From the NCBI RefSeq assembly GCF_006345805.1, contig NC_043012.1:56296001-56360000 (forward strand): a DNA stretch of 64,000 nucleotides. The letters are read 5' to 3'. Every line of letters begins with the position of its first letter. The first letter of the stretch is position 1. The notes under the pieces were generated by a model that saw only the letters and a list, made by a program, of their open reading frames with translations, had not been told where the DNA came from and made no database searches. The position numbers and the translations under genes are program-made. Origin of the DNA: Octopus sinensis. Its lineage: Eukaryota. Shown one piece after another: positions 36,132 through 47,952 of this stretch.

Positions 36132-37867
36132 CTGTTAGAAATAGTAGCCGTACCTCATTTAACTCACACCAGCTGTCGTTTTCTTTTAATTTTTTTTTTT
36201 GTTTTGTTTTTAAAGACGAGGAGGCGCTGTATAAGAGGGGGTTCTTTGAAACTGATGCATCAAAAACTCCTATTAAACAGTCTGTGAAAAACAAATCAAG
36301 CAGGATGGTTACGATAGGAATATCTTTGATCATAGGTCTGCTTGTTTAGAGCCGATACAGGTCTAATCAATAACACTATCAATGAAAGCAAAAGTAAAAA
36401 TTAAACACACACACACACAAAGAGAAGAATATTTTGTTTGCCGTGGGGAAAAAAGAATGCCTATAGTTCCTCCCATCTTGGCAAAGTAACATTTTTTTGT
36501 CTCTAATCTATTGATAATTGCCAATACAACCTTAGAGTCCAGTGATTATTAGATTCTATTATGGTTCCACTATTAGCATGAAATCGCTCATTAACGCACT
36601 CTGACTTCTAGCTCGTAGACATACTGTCTCCTTACTGTGCCCTTCCTACCGCTGCTAGTGACCCCTCTACACCTCGAAGCTGGTTGATCTCGTGCAACCA
36701 ACACTCAAACCCACCCACCCTATTCATTCACGTTTCCCCCTTCCGTCGTTCATATTGTAATCATGACTCCAGACATCGCTTTAATCCTTTATCCAAGCCC
36801 GTTTTTCTTCTGATATCAACCAACGAGAATTCTCATTCTGCTCAAAATTTTTCCTGCACCCCTGAACTTGCATTGCTTTTTTTTTTTTTTTAATCACTTA
36901 CTCAGAGTGGGGAAAAGGAGTGTCCATGCTCCTTTTCCATGGTCTCTGAGATTGGTAGGAGGAGAAGGGGAAATTATCCGTAAACCGGAGACCAGGCCAG
37001 AATGCCTGCAATAAAGTGGACTCAATTAAAGACACTGAGTGACAAGATGTGGTGTTAAGCTGAGCGATGGTTTAAATCTCCCACATCAACTAGCAATTGT
37101 TCAATAAGAATGTCGACCACATTGATCTAACCAGTCTCAGAGGGCTTACAAAGGTCACAGGTACAGTCATATCCTTCCAAGTTAAACCATTTAAATATAA
37201 TAATAAAAAAATTAAAACCATCTAGTATAAAGATCATAGCCTTCTTTTGATAACTATTTGTCACATATAATACGGCAGAATCGTTAAAGTATCAGACAAA
37301 ATGCCTTACTATATTAGTTCCGGCTCTTTATGTGTTTGAGTTCAAATCTCGCCGAGGCAAATTTTTGTCTTTTATCTCTCCTGGATCGACAAAATAAAGT
37401 TTAACCTGTGAATTTGCCACCCTTCCTCTCAAATTGTGCCAAAATTAGAAAATTATTCAGATTAATCATCTGATTTAAGACGATAGAGTGAACTCTGAAG
37501 TAGATTTGGCTACTAGTTCTAACAGATCGAGCATCAAATATAGTGTAACGGTCACCAAACCAAAGAGGAAACTTATAGGTGAGTGCTCGACCATCCAGAA
37601 ACAGTTGCCAAATCTCTGTCAAGACACCCTGCATTTAAAAACGAAAAGACAATGAGTAGATGTTCTAGATACTCTGTTTGGAAATATATGCGGGATGGTC
37701 AAGGAAGGAATATTTTTGATCAAAGGCCTGCACGATCAGAATTGATCTGGGGCAAAACAACAAAAAGAATAATAATGAAACCATCAGACTAAACATAAAA
37801 ATACCAACACATGTAGAAGACAAAAGTACTGGCCAGTAACACAGAAACAATAACGAAAGCTAAACGA

Positions 37868-38108
37868 CGCACATATTTAGGCATGTTTCCTATTATCAAC
37901 CGTTCAAGGAGAGGAGCTTTCTCCGTCCGGGTTGCGGATCCGTGGAACAAGCTGCCAGACGAGATGGTGAAGATGCCGACGACCGCTTTGTTCAAAGCCT
38001 CCCTGGACCTCAAGTGGCCTGAACTCTTTACATGAACACCACCCTGTACTTAACTCCATGTCCCCCTACATGGCCTTGCTATTTGCTTTTGAGCCAAATT
38101 AACTAACT

Positions 38109-38111
<3 letters not shown>
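37868..38111 (+). mobile_element. CR1-clade LINE 3' end
   Basis: RSRRGAFSVRVADPWNKLPDEMVKMPTTALFKASLDLKWPELFT* matches the CR1 FS.RV...WN.LP...FK..LD motif. Short 3'UTR ending in (TAAC)n. Confidence 0.85.
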
Positions 38112-38150
<39 letters not shown>

Positions 38151-38153
<3 letters not shown>

Positions 38154-38519
38154 ATATATAAACGGCAGTTTGTCTGTGCGTGTTTCTGTGTGTCTGTTTG
38201 CTTGTACCCTCACCCTGACCACGGCTTTCAACCGATTCTGATGAAACTTGACACACACATAGCCCAATGTCATAATTCAAAACTAACGCAGCGAAAATTT
38301 TGAAAAGTTCCCCCAGTTCTGAAAAAAATCAATAAATTCGACATGGGGTCGAGAATCAGAAACACAAACCGCAAACTGTCTAGGGGACGCAACTCCACCT
38401 TTTTTTATTCTCAAAAAAAATTTACCATCATTTTTTTCCTATTTTTTGGCTATAACTCTCTAAAAATGCTTTATAGTTATTTCCCTTACAAACCTGAGCA
38501 ACGCCGGGCGATACTGCTA

Positions 38520-38520
<1 letters not shown>
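38151..38520 (+). mobile_element. Complete non-autonomous Helitron (370 bp) inserted in (TA)n
   Basis: A|TCTATATATAAAACGG...gagcaacgccgggcgatactgCTAG|T: 5' TC, 3' CTAG, A/T target and no TSD. Confidence 0.85.
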
Positions 38521-38577
<57 letters not shown>

Positions 38578-38720
38578 TAATAAAGAGTTAGTAAATAAAC
38601 TATTACACTCATGAGACTGGTGTAACAGTATTTGGTCGATGGACTTTCGGAATAGCTACCACTACCTTATGGAGAAGGAAAACAGCAAGGAATTGGGTAA
38701 TTGTTTTATAGTTTATTTAC

Positions 38721-38975
38721 TAATTCTTTTATACGTTCCTGTCCAAAGGCTGTGGCTATGCTGGAGCACCGCCAATGTAATTACTTTTTCAATGGCAATT
38801 CTTATGCGATTAACTTTTGGTGAAGGACGGAGTTCGACATTGCTGCCTTCTTTTGAGTTTCTTGCCGTGATATAAGGCCTTCTGGGAAACTTGGAAACCA
38901 GGAGGTCAAGTTGTTTCTTGAAAACATCTACCCCTACTACATGAAGATCCCTCAGATGTTTTGGCAATGGCTGCC
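38721..38975 (-). mobile_element. CR1-group LINE 3' end (second family)
   Basis: PKHLRDLHVVGVDVFKKQLDLLVS (LP..LR.....FK..LD), followed by the tail ggcggtgctccagcatagccacagcc. Confidence 0.65.
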
Positions 38976-39904
38976 AATAATAGGGAAGTACCTATATTTA
39001 TACCACTTAAAAGGTACCACTACCACATGTAGCCAACAAAAACAACAATAGTAAACAAACAATTCATTAGGTGCCCTGCGTGGCACAATGCCACAAATAT
39101 CGGGGAAGTGATGAAGTGGTTAAATCAACCCTACTTGAACCGGTACTTTAATTTGCCAACTCAGGAAGGATGATGAAAAGTAAAGTCAACCTCAGGGAAT
39201 TTCAACTCGAAACCAAAGTACCCTCTTATTTGTTGCTGTGAGTATGCGCAGAAATTTTCTTGTGTGCAAATTTTGTGTTCCCGTGCATGTGCGTATGTGC
39301 GCATCCAAGCTTATTATCATCACTCAAATTTCTTCAATAAAAAAATCCGATTTCATCTAAAGATCGGATTTTACATCTTAGTTGTAAAAGGTGTGAACAC
39401 AAACGGCCGTAACTAAATAACCACAAGACATTCTGTTCGCTGCAATTCACCGTCCTGACAATGGAAATAATACAACTTATCCAAACTACGATACTGTATC
39501 CCCATTATATTAACCACTACATGTCGATAAGTACAATATAGTCCTCAGCTGTCTGTGCTATGGCATATCTCGGACAACAGATCTGTTGATCACACCTCAT
39601 AATCTGGTTGAGTACCAACGATGAGGGCTGACTTGCCTCACAATAACTGGTAGTACGATACGCAACCAAAAAAGAAAAAAGAAAACAAAAAATAAATGTG
39701 AAATTCCTTTCTAACCTCACCTTACCATAAAAGAATTGCAACTAGAAGGAAATGTTGCGAATATAAATCGGATTTGTATTGCTTAAGAGACAAGGACAAA
39801 AATTAAGATCTTGGCAATGACGTAATTTGAGTGTATACCACTCGGGGTAACCTGTGAATTTGCCACCCTAATGTCCCCCACTCCTATACAAGCTTTTATA
39901 CAGT

Positions 39905-40100
39905 GGAGACGCAATGGCCCAGTGGTTAGGGCAGCGGACTCGCGGTCGTAAGAACACGGTTTCGATTCCCAAACCGGGCATTGTGAGTGTTTATTGAGCA
40001 AAAACACGTAAATTCCACGAGGCTCCGGGGGGGGGGGTGAACCCCGCTGTACTCTTTCACCACAACTTCCCCTCACTCTTTCTTCATACTTCTGCCACAA
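39905..40100 (+). mobile_element. tRNA-derived SINE, third family
   Basis: tRNA-like head ggagacgcaatggcccagtggttagggcagcggactcgcgg...ggtttcgattccc (A and B boxes), continuing into a non-tRNA body. Confidence 0.75.
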
Positions 40101-41609
40101 AGCAGAGGAACCATGTTATACCCACTAGGGTGTGGTAAACTTTCAGACACTAGTCTAGATTGCGAATCCTCTGTATCCCAGGATGGTTCAGCTCTCCACC
40201 CATTAAAAGCAACCGTTTACGGAATGAGGATAACAACGTAGCTTTCGCGCCCGTGCAACCGCCAGTCTATCGCGTGTGGTGGGTGGATTTTCAAGTTGCC
40301 ACACGCATTCTTAGTAGCTTAGAGTAGGCTCGAATTAGAGATTATTCTTTGTGGCTAATGGCGTGAGTCCTGGTTGGAAAAAGAAGAAACTTTTATACAG
40401 CAGACTCAAAAGTGTCCCCCAATAAAAGCGCCACCCAGAGTGAACCGTCCTCTCCAGCTGGACTGTAGTAACAATTATTAATCCTAACTTATCACTTATA
40501 TTGTACATCCGTTCTTTTTCCTGTTGAGGACCAGTATTAACCACAATACCCATTTCTTTTATAACCCATATATCAAACCACTGAAATTTCATTTTCGTTC
40601 ATATTTTTCCTAACTTCAACTGTATCAATCTTAAAAGTTTTGAAGAGGAACCTGTGAAGTTTATGCGCGTAAATTCTTCCTCTTAAAAATTAGTATTTTG
40701 TAGTAGTTTTAAAAACAGTAAAAATTCCATTGCCCTCTGAATCATCTTAAAAGAAAATCGTCTATGTTCCCCACACAAAAACAAAATTTCAACTACTAAA
40801 ACACCAAGCGCGGTTTTAGAAAGCTCACCAGGAGATGTTCAAATACGAACATCTTTGTTTTTCATCCTTCTGGTGTCGATAAAATGAAGTACCAGTCAAG
40901 TACTGGAGTCTATATAATCGACTAAACCCCTCCCCTCAAAACTGTTGACCCTGTACCTAGATCAGAAACAATTATTATGCAACAATATAGCAGTAAAAAT
41001 GAAGGAGGTGAAGGTGATAAAGAAGATTTATTAAATTATCTTTCCCCGGGGAAACAGTGAGAGATTGTTACTAATGATAAAATTAATTACGCTCCGGGAG
41101 TACATTCCGCAGAGATCGATATTTGACCCTCATCCTTGTAGGGTCGATAAAATCAGGCGTCTGTCATAAACTGAAGTCAATTCAATTATCTATACACATA
41201 CAGAGAAACTAACACTACATACGCATGTTCAATAATATATGTAATTCAGGTAGTCGTAAGATGGAAAGAAAGTATTAGAAATCAAGTTAGAAAAGAAAGA
41301 GGCTTTTTATAAAACAAAAACTATTTAATGTTACGAAACGACTGAGAAATCCTTGAAATTTTAATTACATTTGAAAGTTCCTCCATGTGTTGTTTAATCC
41401 CGGGCCAATTGTGATTGAGCAAATAGATCTGTGCTGATCAAAGGAATTCTAGCCATTGCAACACCATCTTTCTCTCACATACATTGTATATCTAGAACTA
41501 CTTTATCCAGTGTCTCCTCCCGCCTTTTGCGGGACGGTAGGAGGTTATAAAAGATTTCCCAGCTATTTCTAGCAGGTCCGGCTTCGTTTAAGTTGTCAAC
41601 AGTTTCGAG

Positions 41610-41900
41610 TAGTTAGCCATAGGAACGACAAATTCGTGATCTGTTCAATCAATTTAAACAAGAACAATGGTCAAGGACACGGTTATTGGAATCTGAACGG
41701 GTCTTCCTCAGCACGGAAATATTTCAGGGACCAAATCAGCGAACTGGGTAAGCAGGAATTGATGGAGACCATCATCAACTATAAACGATTGGTCTCACTA
41801 AAGAGGAAAATTAAAGCAGCTGTGGTAAAGAAGTGACGATAGAGAAGAGTAGCTGTAAACAACGTGCTAGCGGCGAATATGGTCCTTGACCATGTGAAAC
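41610..41900 (+). mobile_element. Tx1/L1-clade ORF2 fragment (end of AP endonuclease and linker)
   Basis: ICSINLNKNNGQGHGYWNLNGS...RDQISEL...LKRKIK matches the G.GYWKLN.S..R..I motif. Confidence 0.65.
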
Positions 41901-41994
41901 ACGAAATTTGTGTGGTGTGTGCCACAGGGGGTGCGTTGAAACACGAGTACAAAAGCTGTTTGGTAGGTCCCGGTGGTAGAGGCGCGGCACAACA

Positions 41995-42158
41995 TAAGTA
42001 GCGTGTCTAGAGTGTACCGCCCAGGACAATCCTTGAGTTTGCCGCTCATCCCCGGGCCCCCAAGCTGATACAGGCTTATACAGCAGACTTAAAAGTGCCG
42101 CCCCTATAAAAGCGTCACCTGGTGTAACCCCCACCACCCACTCCTTAGCTATGCAACT
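41995..42158. mobile_element. hAT-type MITE (decayed), related to 44155-44299 and ~40385-40465
   Basis: Shared core tatacagcagact(c/t)aaaagtg..ccc..ataaaagcg(c/t)cacc, and end tagctatgcaactg. Confidence 0.55.
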
Positions 42159-42834
42159 GCACAACATGGTAACTAAGTCACATTTAGATCTCTAGCGGAA
42201 CGCAACAAGTGCGTTATCCAACTCGCAGTAAAAGCGAGCAGTTTTCCAGCAGTGAGAAATGACAGACTGGAGACGGCGAACTTTGACAGTATGCCTCAAC
42301 TTTCTATCAAGGACGCAGAGTATTGCAAAAAGCAGATTTCAGTAGAAAATTTTAGCTGCAAATACTGTGGAAGGAGTAAAAAGCCAAGACTGGATAGCCT
42401 ACCTTAATTACTACATGCTAGATGTTCGCTACGATCTTTGCTGTCTATTACAGCTGGCAGAAGAATGGAAGCAAGCGCATTGTGTGTGCTGGGAGTGGTG
42501 ACGTTGCTGTGAAAGGAACGAAGATTAGAGTAATGGTGGTGTTGCCTACGAAGATTAGACTTGCGAAGTGGTTAGGAAGTTCGCTTTCGAATCACGAGTT
42601 CCTAGGTTCTATACCAGTACCTGGAATCTTAGACAACTGTCTTTTCCCAAAACTCATGTCGACGCAAGCCTTGTAAGTTAAACTGGGTGGACAAAACTGA
42701 GTGGAAGCGCATCCGATGGATTTTAGGATTGCACCCGCAATTTAAAGGAACGACTTTTATACGTTTCGTTTGTTTATATATATATATTATATATAGAGAT
42801 ATATATATTATATATATATGCTTTCAACATGTGA

Positions 42835-43040
42835 CCTCGTGAGCACCGCCAGCAATTTTTTTTCCTCTGTCTTCCCTTCTCGGGATCTTTCCTTCTCCTT
42901 TGTTTCCGACGAAGAGCTCCGCTCGAAACGTTAAACCCTCCTTCTTCCCTTCTTTCCTGAGCGTCCAATAATACTATATTTGTTCCACGTCCTCGCGTTG
43001 CTGTGTTTTTCTTTTTGTGTTTTCTGTTTGGATTAACTAT
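42835..43040 (+). mobile_element. Penelope-like element terminal (pLTR-type) fragment
   Basis: Pyrimidine-rich tract surrounding gacgaagagctccgctcgaaacgtt, the GA...CGAAACG motif typical of PLE ends. No PLE ORF is seen. Confidence 0.55.
42902..42936 (+). ncRNA. Minimal type-I hammerhead ribozyme-like motif (variant core)
   Basis: GTTT-CCGACGA-A-GAGC(TCC)GCTC-GAAA-CGT-T-AAAC: stem I GTTT/AAAC, stem II GAGC/GCTC, and palindromic ACGT stem III. Deviates from the CUGANGA core (U4 is C, one extra A). Confidence 0.5.
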
Positions 43041-44154
43041 ATATATATATATATATATTATTTTATCCCAAACAATGCTTGAGACAACTAGCGCAAGAGA
43101 CTACAAAGACGAAAAAATAAGGACCTGCAAATTCAAAATATGTCGATTGATAGAAAGCTTAAAGAATTGAATATCATAGTCCAGAGGAAAACAAGGTGAT
43201 AGTAGTGAGTTCCAGAGAGTAGCAGTTTGAGGAAAGAAGCTATTATAATAAATGAAGTTATGACTATCAAGAAGCTCAACGGAGAAATGATACGCCTAAG
43301 AAGAGGAGCGAGTGACCCGTTTAAAAAGTCTTGATAGATGGTGCTAGACCAAAAAGTTCAAAACAATAACCATAAAATAGAAAAGACACAACGAAGAAAA
43401 TTTCGACGATGGGTCAAAGACATCAGCCCAGCAGTAAAAAAAAAAGAGGATCCACCGTGTAAACAACTCAATTCTGAATTCAATCAAGCAAGTTAAAACT
43501 CTCAAACGAGGCACCAGCCCAAAGATGACCGCAATACCTAATGTAAGATCGAATAGTGGCCTTATAACGATACAAGATTCTCAGGCGTAAAAAATCTGTC
43601 TCTAGTGTTAACGTTAAAATAAATGCCTCTGTGGAATTCTCAACACTTACACTAGAATTCAATTAGCAGGTGGCTCAATAGACTGAACAAATGAAGTACT
43701 TATCACCAAAACCAACGGAGGACCCATTTATCTATTGTTGCCAGTTCCAGTTCTAATCTGATCTAGTAGACAACATTCAAATCATAGCCATTCCACCGTT
43801 CCTCTTTCAGACAGTGTATCTAAGACTGCAATATCCAATTTGCCTTTTCCTTTCTTAATCTAAGAGTATGCTTTGAGAGGTTTGGCTGTTGTTCCAAGCA
43901 GTTCGAATGACCGTGCCGAGGCTCTTCCGTGTTCGGTTGAAATATGGCAAAAATGCACGTGATAGATGTCAATAATCTCAACTAAACTCCTTGTTAGATA
44001 CTTTGAACTCAAAGTGTGAACCAGGTACACTTTCGTTTTAAAAATGCAGCCAAGGTTTCAGTAATGCGAACCATAAAATTAGATATTGAACGACATTTAG
44101 TTTCCTGATTAGATGGATATCAGGCAACTAAACCGGCCTCACGGAATGAGGAGG

Positions 44155-44299
44155 CAGTAGTGTAGTGGAGAATGGGCGGGGCGGTCCGCTCCGGGCGACG
44201 CTTTTATGGGAAGACACTTTTAGGATTCCTGTACAAGCTTGTATAGGCTTACACAGCAAAATGAGGTAGCAGGTTGCACACACTCCAGCTACGCCACTG
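44155..44299. mobile_element. Complete 145-bp hAT-type MITE
   Basis: TIRs CAGTAGTGTAG.../...CTACGCCACTG, flanked by 8-bp TGAGGAGG / TGAAGAGG (7/8-identical TSD). Confidence 0.75.
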
Positions 44300-44911
44300 T
44301 GAAGAGGGTGTGTAGACTGGATTGAAAATAAAACCCATCAACGATCAGAAAAGGTTCTCCCACAGAAGGCAACAGCCAAGTGTACCTGGAGAGGATACAT
44401 ATACCACCAAGTTATTTCCTCTTGAAATACACATTACTGTGCACCTATGATATTCTTAGGTTATAAAATTTGGATTTAGAATCATATCTTTACGTTTTGA
44501 TCCCAAATCTCACCAATTCTTTCACACCCACTCCACTCTAGGGTCGTTAGGATAAATATCAGCAATATACTGTGAGTTAATTCAACACCTATGCATAAAA
44601 AAATTAAAATAATCGAAAGATACCAATATTCAGGTTAACTATGATGAAGATAAGAAAAAAACATCAAACTAGATGTTACACTGACCTTTGAACTAGCTAA
44701 CTAAATTCAAATCTTATTGGATTGGACCTTACCTTCCATCTATTAAAGGAATCGATGAAACAAATACTGGTAAGATACTTGGGATCGATTCCAGTATAAA
44801 TGACTCCTAAGTCCCGAAGGAATTTCAAAGGTTGATGCTTACTTCCAGTTTCCTGGAGTTCAGGAGATAAATATGTGAAACTTTCCAACCTAAATAGAAA
44901 ATAATCCATCT

Positions 44912-45013
44912 GTCTACAATCACAATAAACGTTCTTGTATAATTATATATATATATATGCAAGCATGCGTGCGTGCATATATATATATATATTATATATA
45001 TATATTATATATA

Positions 45014-45045
<32 letters not shown>

Positions 45046-45102
45046 GCACGCATGCTTGCATATATATATAATCATACAAGAACGTTTATTGTGATTGTAG
45101 AC
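44912..45102. repeat. Near-perfect ~60-bp-arm inverted duplication around an (AT)n core
   Basis: gtctacaatcacaataaacgttcttgtat...atgcaagcatgcgtgc versus gcacgcatgcttgcat...atacaagaacgtttattgtgattgtagac. Confidence 0.9.
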
Positions 45103-46319
45103 TTATATATATATATATATGCAAGCATGCATGGCATGTATGTATTCTCGACATCTTGGTTAATTTACACCAGTCACGGACAAACTGCAGCTAGTGGAAC
45201 TTTCTGAATGGTATGCCTAATAAAAAAATTACCTTGAATATTTTTTAGTAGTGCGGCCTGCTTGATATCGAATCAGGTCTCAAGCGGCCCGCTTCTTGAA
45301 CAATGTTGCCGATGCCTGGTTTAGACAATGCAAAATAAAGTGCTAACAAACTACAAACAACTAAATGCCATCAGACGATTTGATCTCGCGATGTCATAAA
45401 AAACGTAGATGTCTCCGATACCTAATCCACTCAAGCATTTCATTTCAACACTCTCAAAGTATCGATTTCTTTAAACTGATCACAAGGTCAATGTTCGGCA
45501 AAAATAGATCGATACAAAAATAAATCAATACTCTGGCCATACTTTGCTAACAAAAGGTGGGAGTAATCGTGTATTTTCGCATAATAGTTACAAAACGTGA
45601 TAAATAGTAGAAGTTACAGTGGTAGTTGTTGCTCAGTCTCATTTCAGTCCTGATTGAGCATTATAACCGTGACCATCACATCTTTTTGTTGTTGTTGTTA
45701 TTGGTTTTTTCCTCTACTCAGATTTTGGATAATCTAGTCTTAAATGTACTATATTATCTAACATGTCCATCTTTCTTTAAAAGCGTAGAGAATGATTTTA
45801 AGGAGTTGGGTTTTTTTCCCTCCTCTTTCTACACGAAAAGATGTTCACGTCAAACGAGAATAGGAACCGCCGCCGAGTCTGTAGAAGAAATTTCGTCTGC
45901 ATTTAGATATGAAACAACTCTGGCGAAGTCTGAAAATACACTGAAAAAAAAAAGTAACTGTTCACGCTTTATACCCAAAACATTAATTTAACAAATTAAT
46001 TACCTACGGATTTGTAAAATTAAAGGTTATTTCTCTCAGCACAGATGCACTCCCCCAACAGGTTCTTATACGCTACTAGAAAAAGCAACCAAGTCTCCCT
46101 CAAATCATACTATAATGTCATAAAATCGGAAGGACACATTGGATAATATAGTCCTAGATAAATTATCCTAATAGTCCAAGCATAAATATGTAATCATACA
46201 TTTCGATTTTTTTTTTTTTTACTTAAACTGTCCTTATAACACGCAGAGTTGTACAACTGATACAAGATTAGATTATCTACTATAATGCAATGTATTAATT
46301 TTTAATGTCATTTTATATG

Positions 46320-46476
46320 AAATAAATACTATAAACTATAGGCGTAGGAGTGGCTGTGTGGTAAGTAGCTGGCTTACGAACCACATAGTTCCGGATTCAG
46401 TCCCACTGGCAAGTGTCTTGTGAGTGGATTCGGTAGACGGAAACTGAAAGAAGCCCGTCGTATATACATATATATA

Positions 46477-46516
<40 letters not shown>

Positions 46517-47010
46517 TTTGTCCCCCAACGTCGCTTGACAACCGATAGAATAAGTACTAGGCTTACAAAGAATAAGTCCCGGAGTCGATTTGCTCGACTA
46601 AGGACGGTGCTCCAGCATGGCCACAGTTAAATGACTGAAACAAGTAAAAGAGTAAGAGAGTATATAACAAAACAACAAACAATAATAAAGCCAAATTGCT
46701 TTATAGGTGCAGGCACGGCAGTGTAGTAAGAAGCTTCTTACCACAAGAATGCTTCCCAAAAACATGATTCCGGGACAAGTGTCTTCTACTATAAACTGAA
46801 AGAAGCCCGTCATGTGTGTGCGTGTGTGTCACCACCGCTTGACGACGGTGTTGGTGTGTTTACGCCCCCGTAACTTAGCGGTTCGGCGAAGTGACCGATA
46901 AACTAAGTACCAGGCTTTAAAAAAAGAAATGAGTACTGGGGTCGATTCATTCGACTAAAAATTCTTCAAGATGGTGCTCCAACATGGCCGCAGTCTAATG
47001 ACTAAAACTA
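46320..47010 (+). mobile_element. Two SINE family A copies (46320-46657, 46705-47010)
   Basis: Both have head, body and tail, with CpGs largely intact. Confidence 0.9.
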
Positions 47011-47094
47011 GTAAAAGATAAAAAAATACAGTTTTTTTTGGGTTTTTTTTAAAGTAATTGGAGAAAACTTTTCCGCCAAATACCATGAATTATA

Positions 47095-47338
47095 CAGGGT
47101 GGCCCAAAAGTAGGTTTACAGTTATCACGTAGGCACTTTAAATTTCTTTAAAACATTTTATTTCATTTATTACATTTCTATCTTACAAAATGAAAAGGGA
47201 GCTTGACAAAATTAACTAAATTAGCATAGAATAATGGTTTCACATTTTTTTTTTTTTTTAAATTAAGATCTAAACTGCTAATATATGAATGCAAAAGAGA
47301 TAGTTGAATAACTGTAAACCTACTTTTGGGCCACCCTA
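47095..47338. mobile_element. Tc1/mariner-type MITE (~244 bp)
   Basis: TA|CAGGGTGGCCCAAAAGTAGGTTTACAGTTAT...ATAACTGTAAACCTACTTTTGGGCCACCCTA|TA: 31-bp TIRs with one terminal mismatch, TA target. Confidence 0.9.
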
Positions 47339-47340
47339 TA

Positions 47341-47537
47341 TACTTTTACTCTAGGCACAAGGCCCGAAATTTGGGGGGAGGGGAGGAGGCCAGTCGATTA
47401 GATCAATCCCAGTACGCAACTGGTACTTAATTTATTGACCCCGAGAGGATGAAAGGTGAAGTCGACCTCGGCGGAATTTGAACTTAGAACGTAAAGACAA
47501 ACGCCCTGCGTGCTACCGTTTCTGCCAGCTCGCCGCC
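47341..47537 (-). mobile_element. SINE family B (tail B2) with a 16-bp TSD
   Basis: tttgggccaccctata occurs at both 47325-47340 and 47538-47553. Confidence 0.9.
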
Positions 47538-47571
47538 TTTGGGCCACCCTATAATATATATATATATATAT

Positions 47572-47795
47572 ATTTCTTTACTACCCACAAGGGGCTAAAC
47601 ACAGAGGGGACAAACAAGGACAGACAAACGGATTAAGTCGATTATATCGACCCCAGTGCGTAACTGGTACTTAATTTATCGACCCCGAAAAGATGAAAGG
47701 CAAAGTCGACCTCGGCGGAATTTGAACTCTGAACGTAACGACAGACGAAATACCGCTAAGCATTTCGCCCGTCGTGCTAACGTTTCTGCCAGCTC
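47572..47795 (-). mobile_element. SINE family B (tail B1), young
   Basis: Near-identical to the 56122 copy in reverse complement. Confidence 0.9.
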
Positions 47796-47952
47796 TAACT
47801 TTGATTTTGGTTTTTTAAAAAATCAAAAAGCAATTTACACATTGAATTTTATGGTATATCTGAAAGTAAAAACTAAAACGACCACAGCTGATACTTTTAA
47901 TCTTCGGTCTTCGTGATCAAGACGGCCTGGGGCTAAACAACAAGAATACATT

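Noticed and set aside
39905-39980. tRNA-like sequences (also the heads of SINE A and B)
   Set aside because: A and B boxes are present, but they run into SINE bodies and I could not fold a complete cloverleaf, so they are not called tRNA genes.
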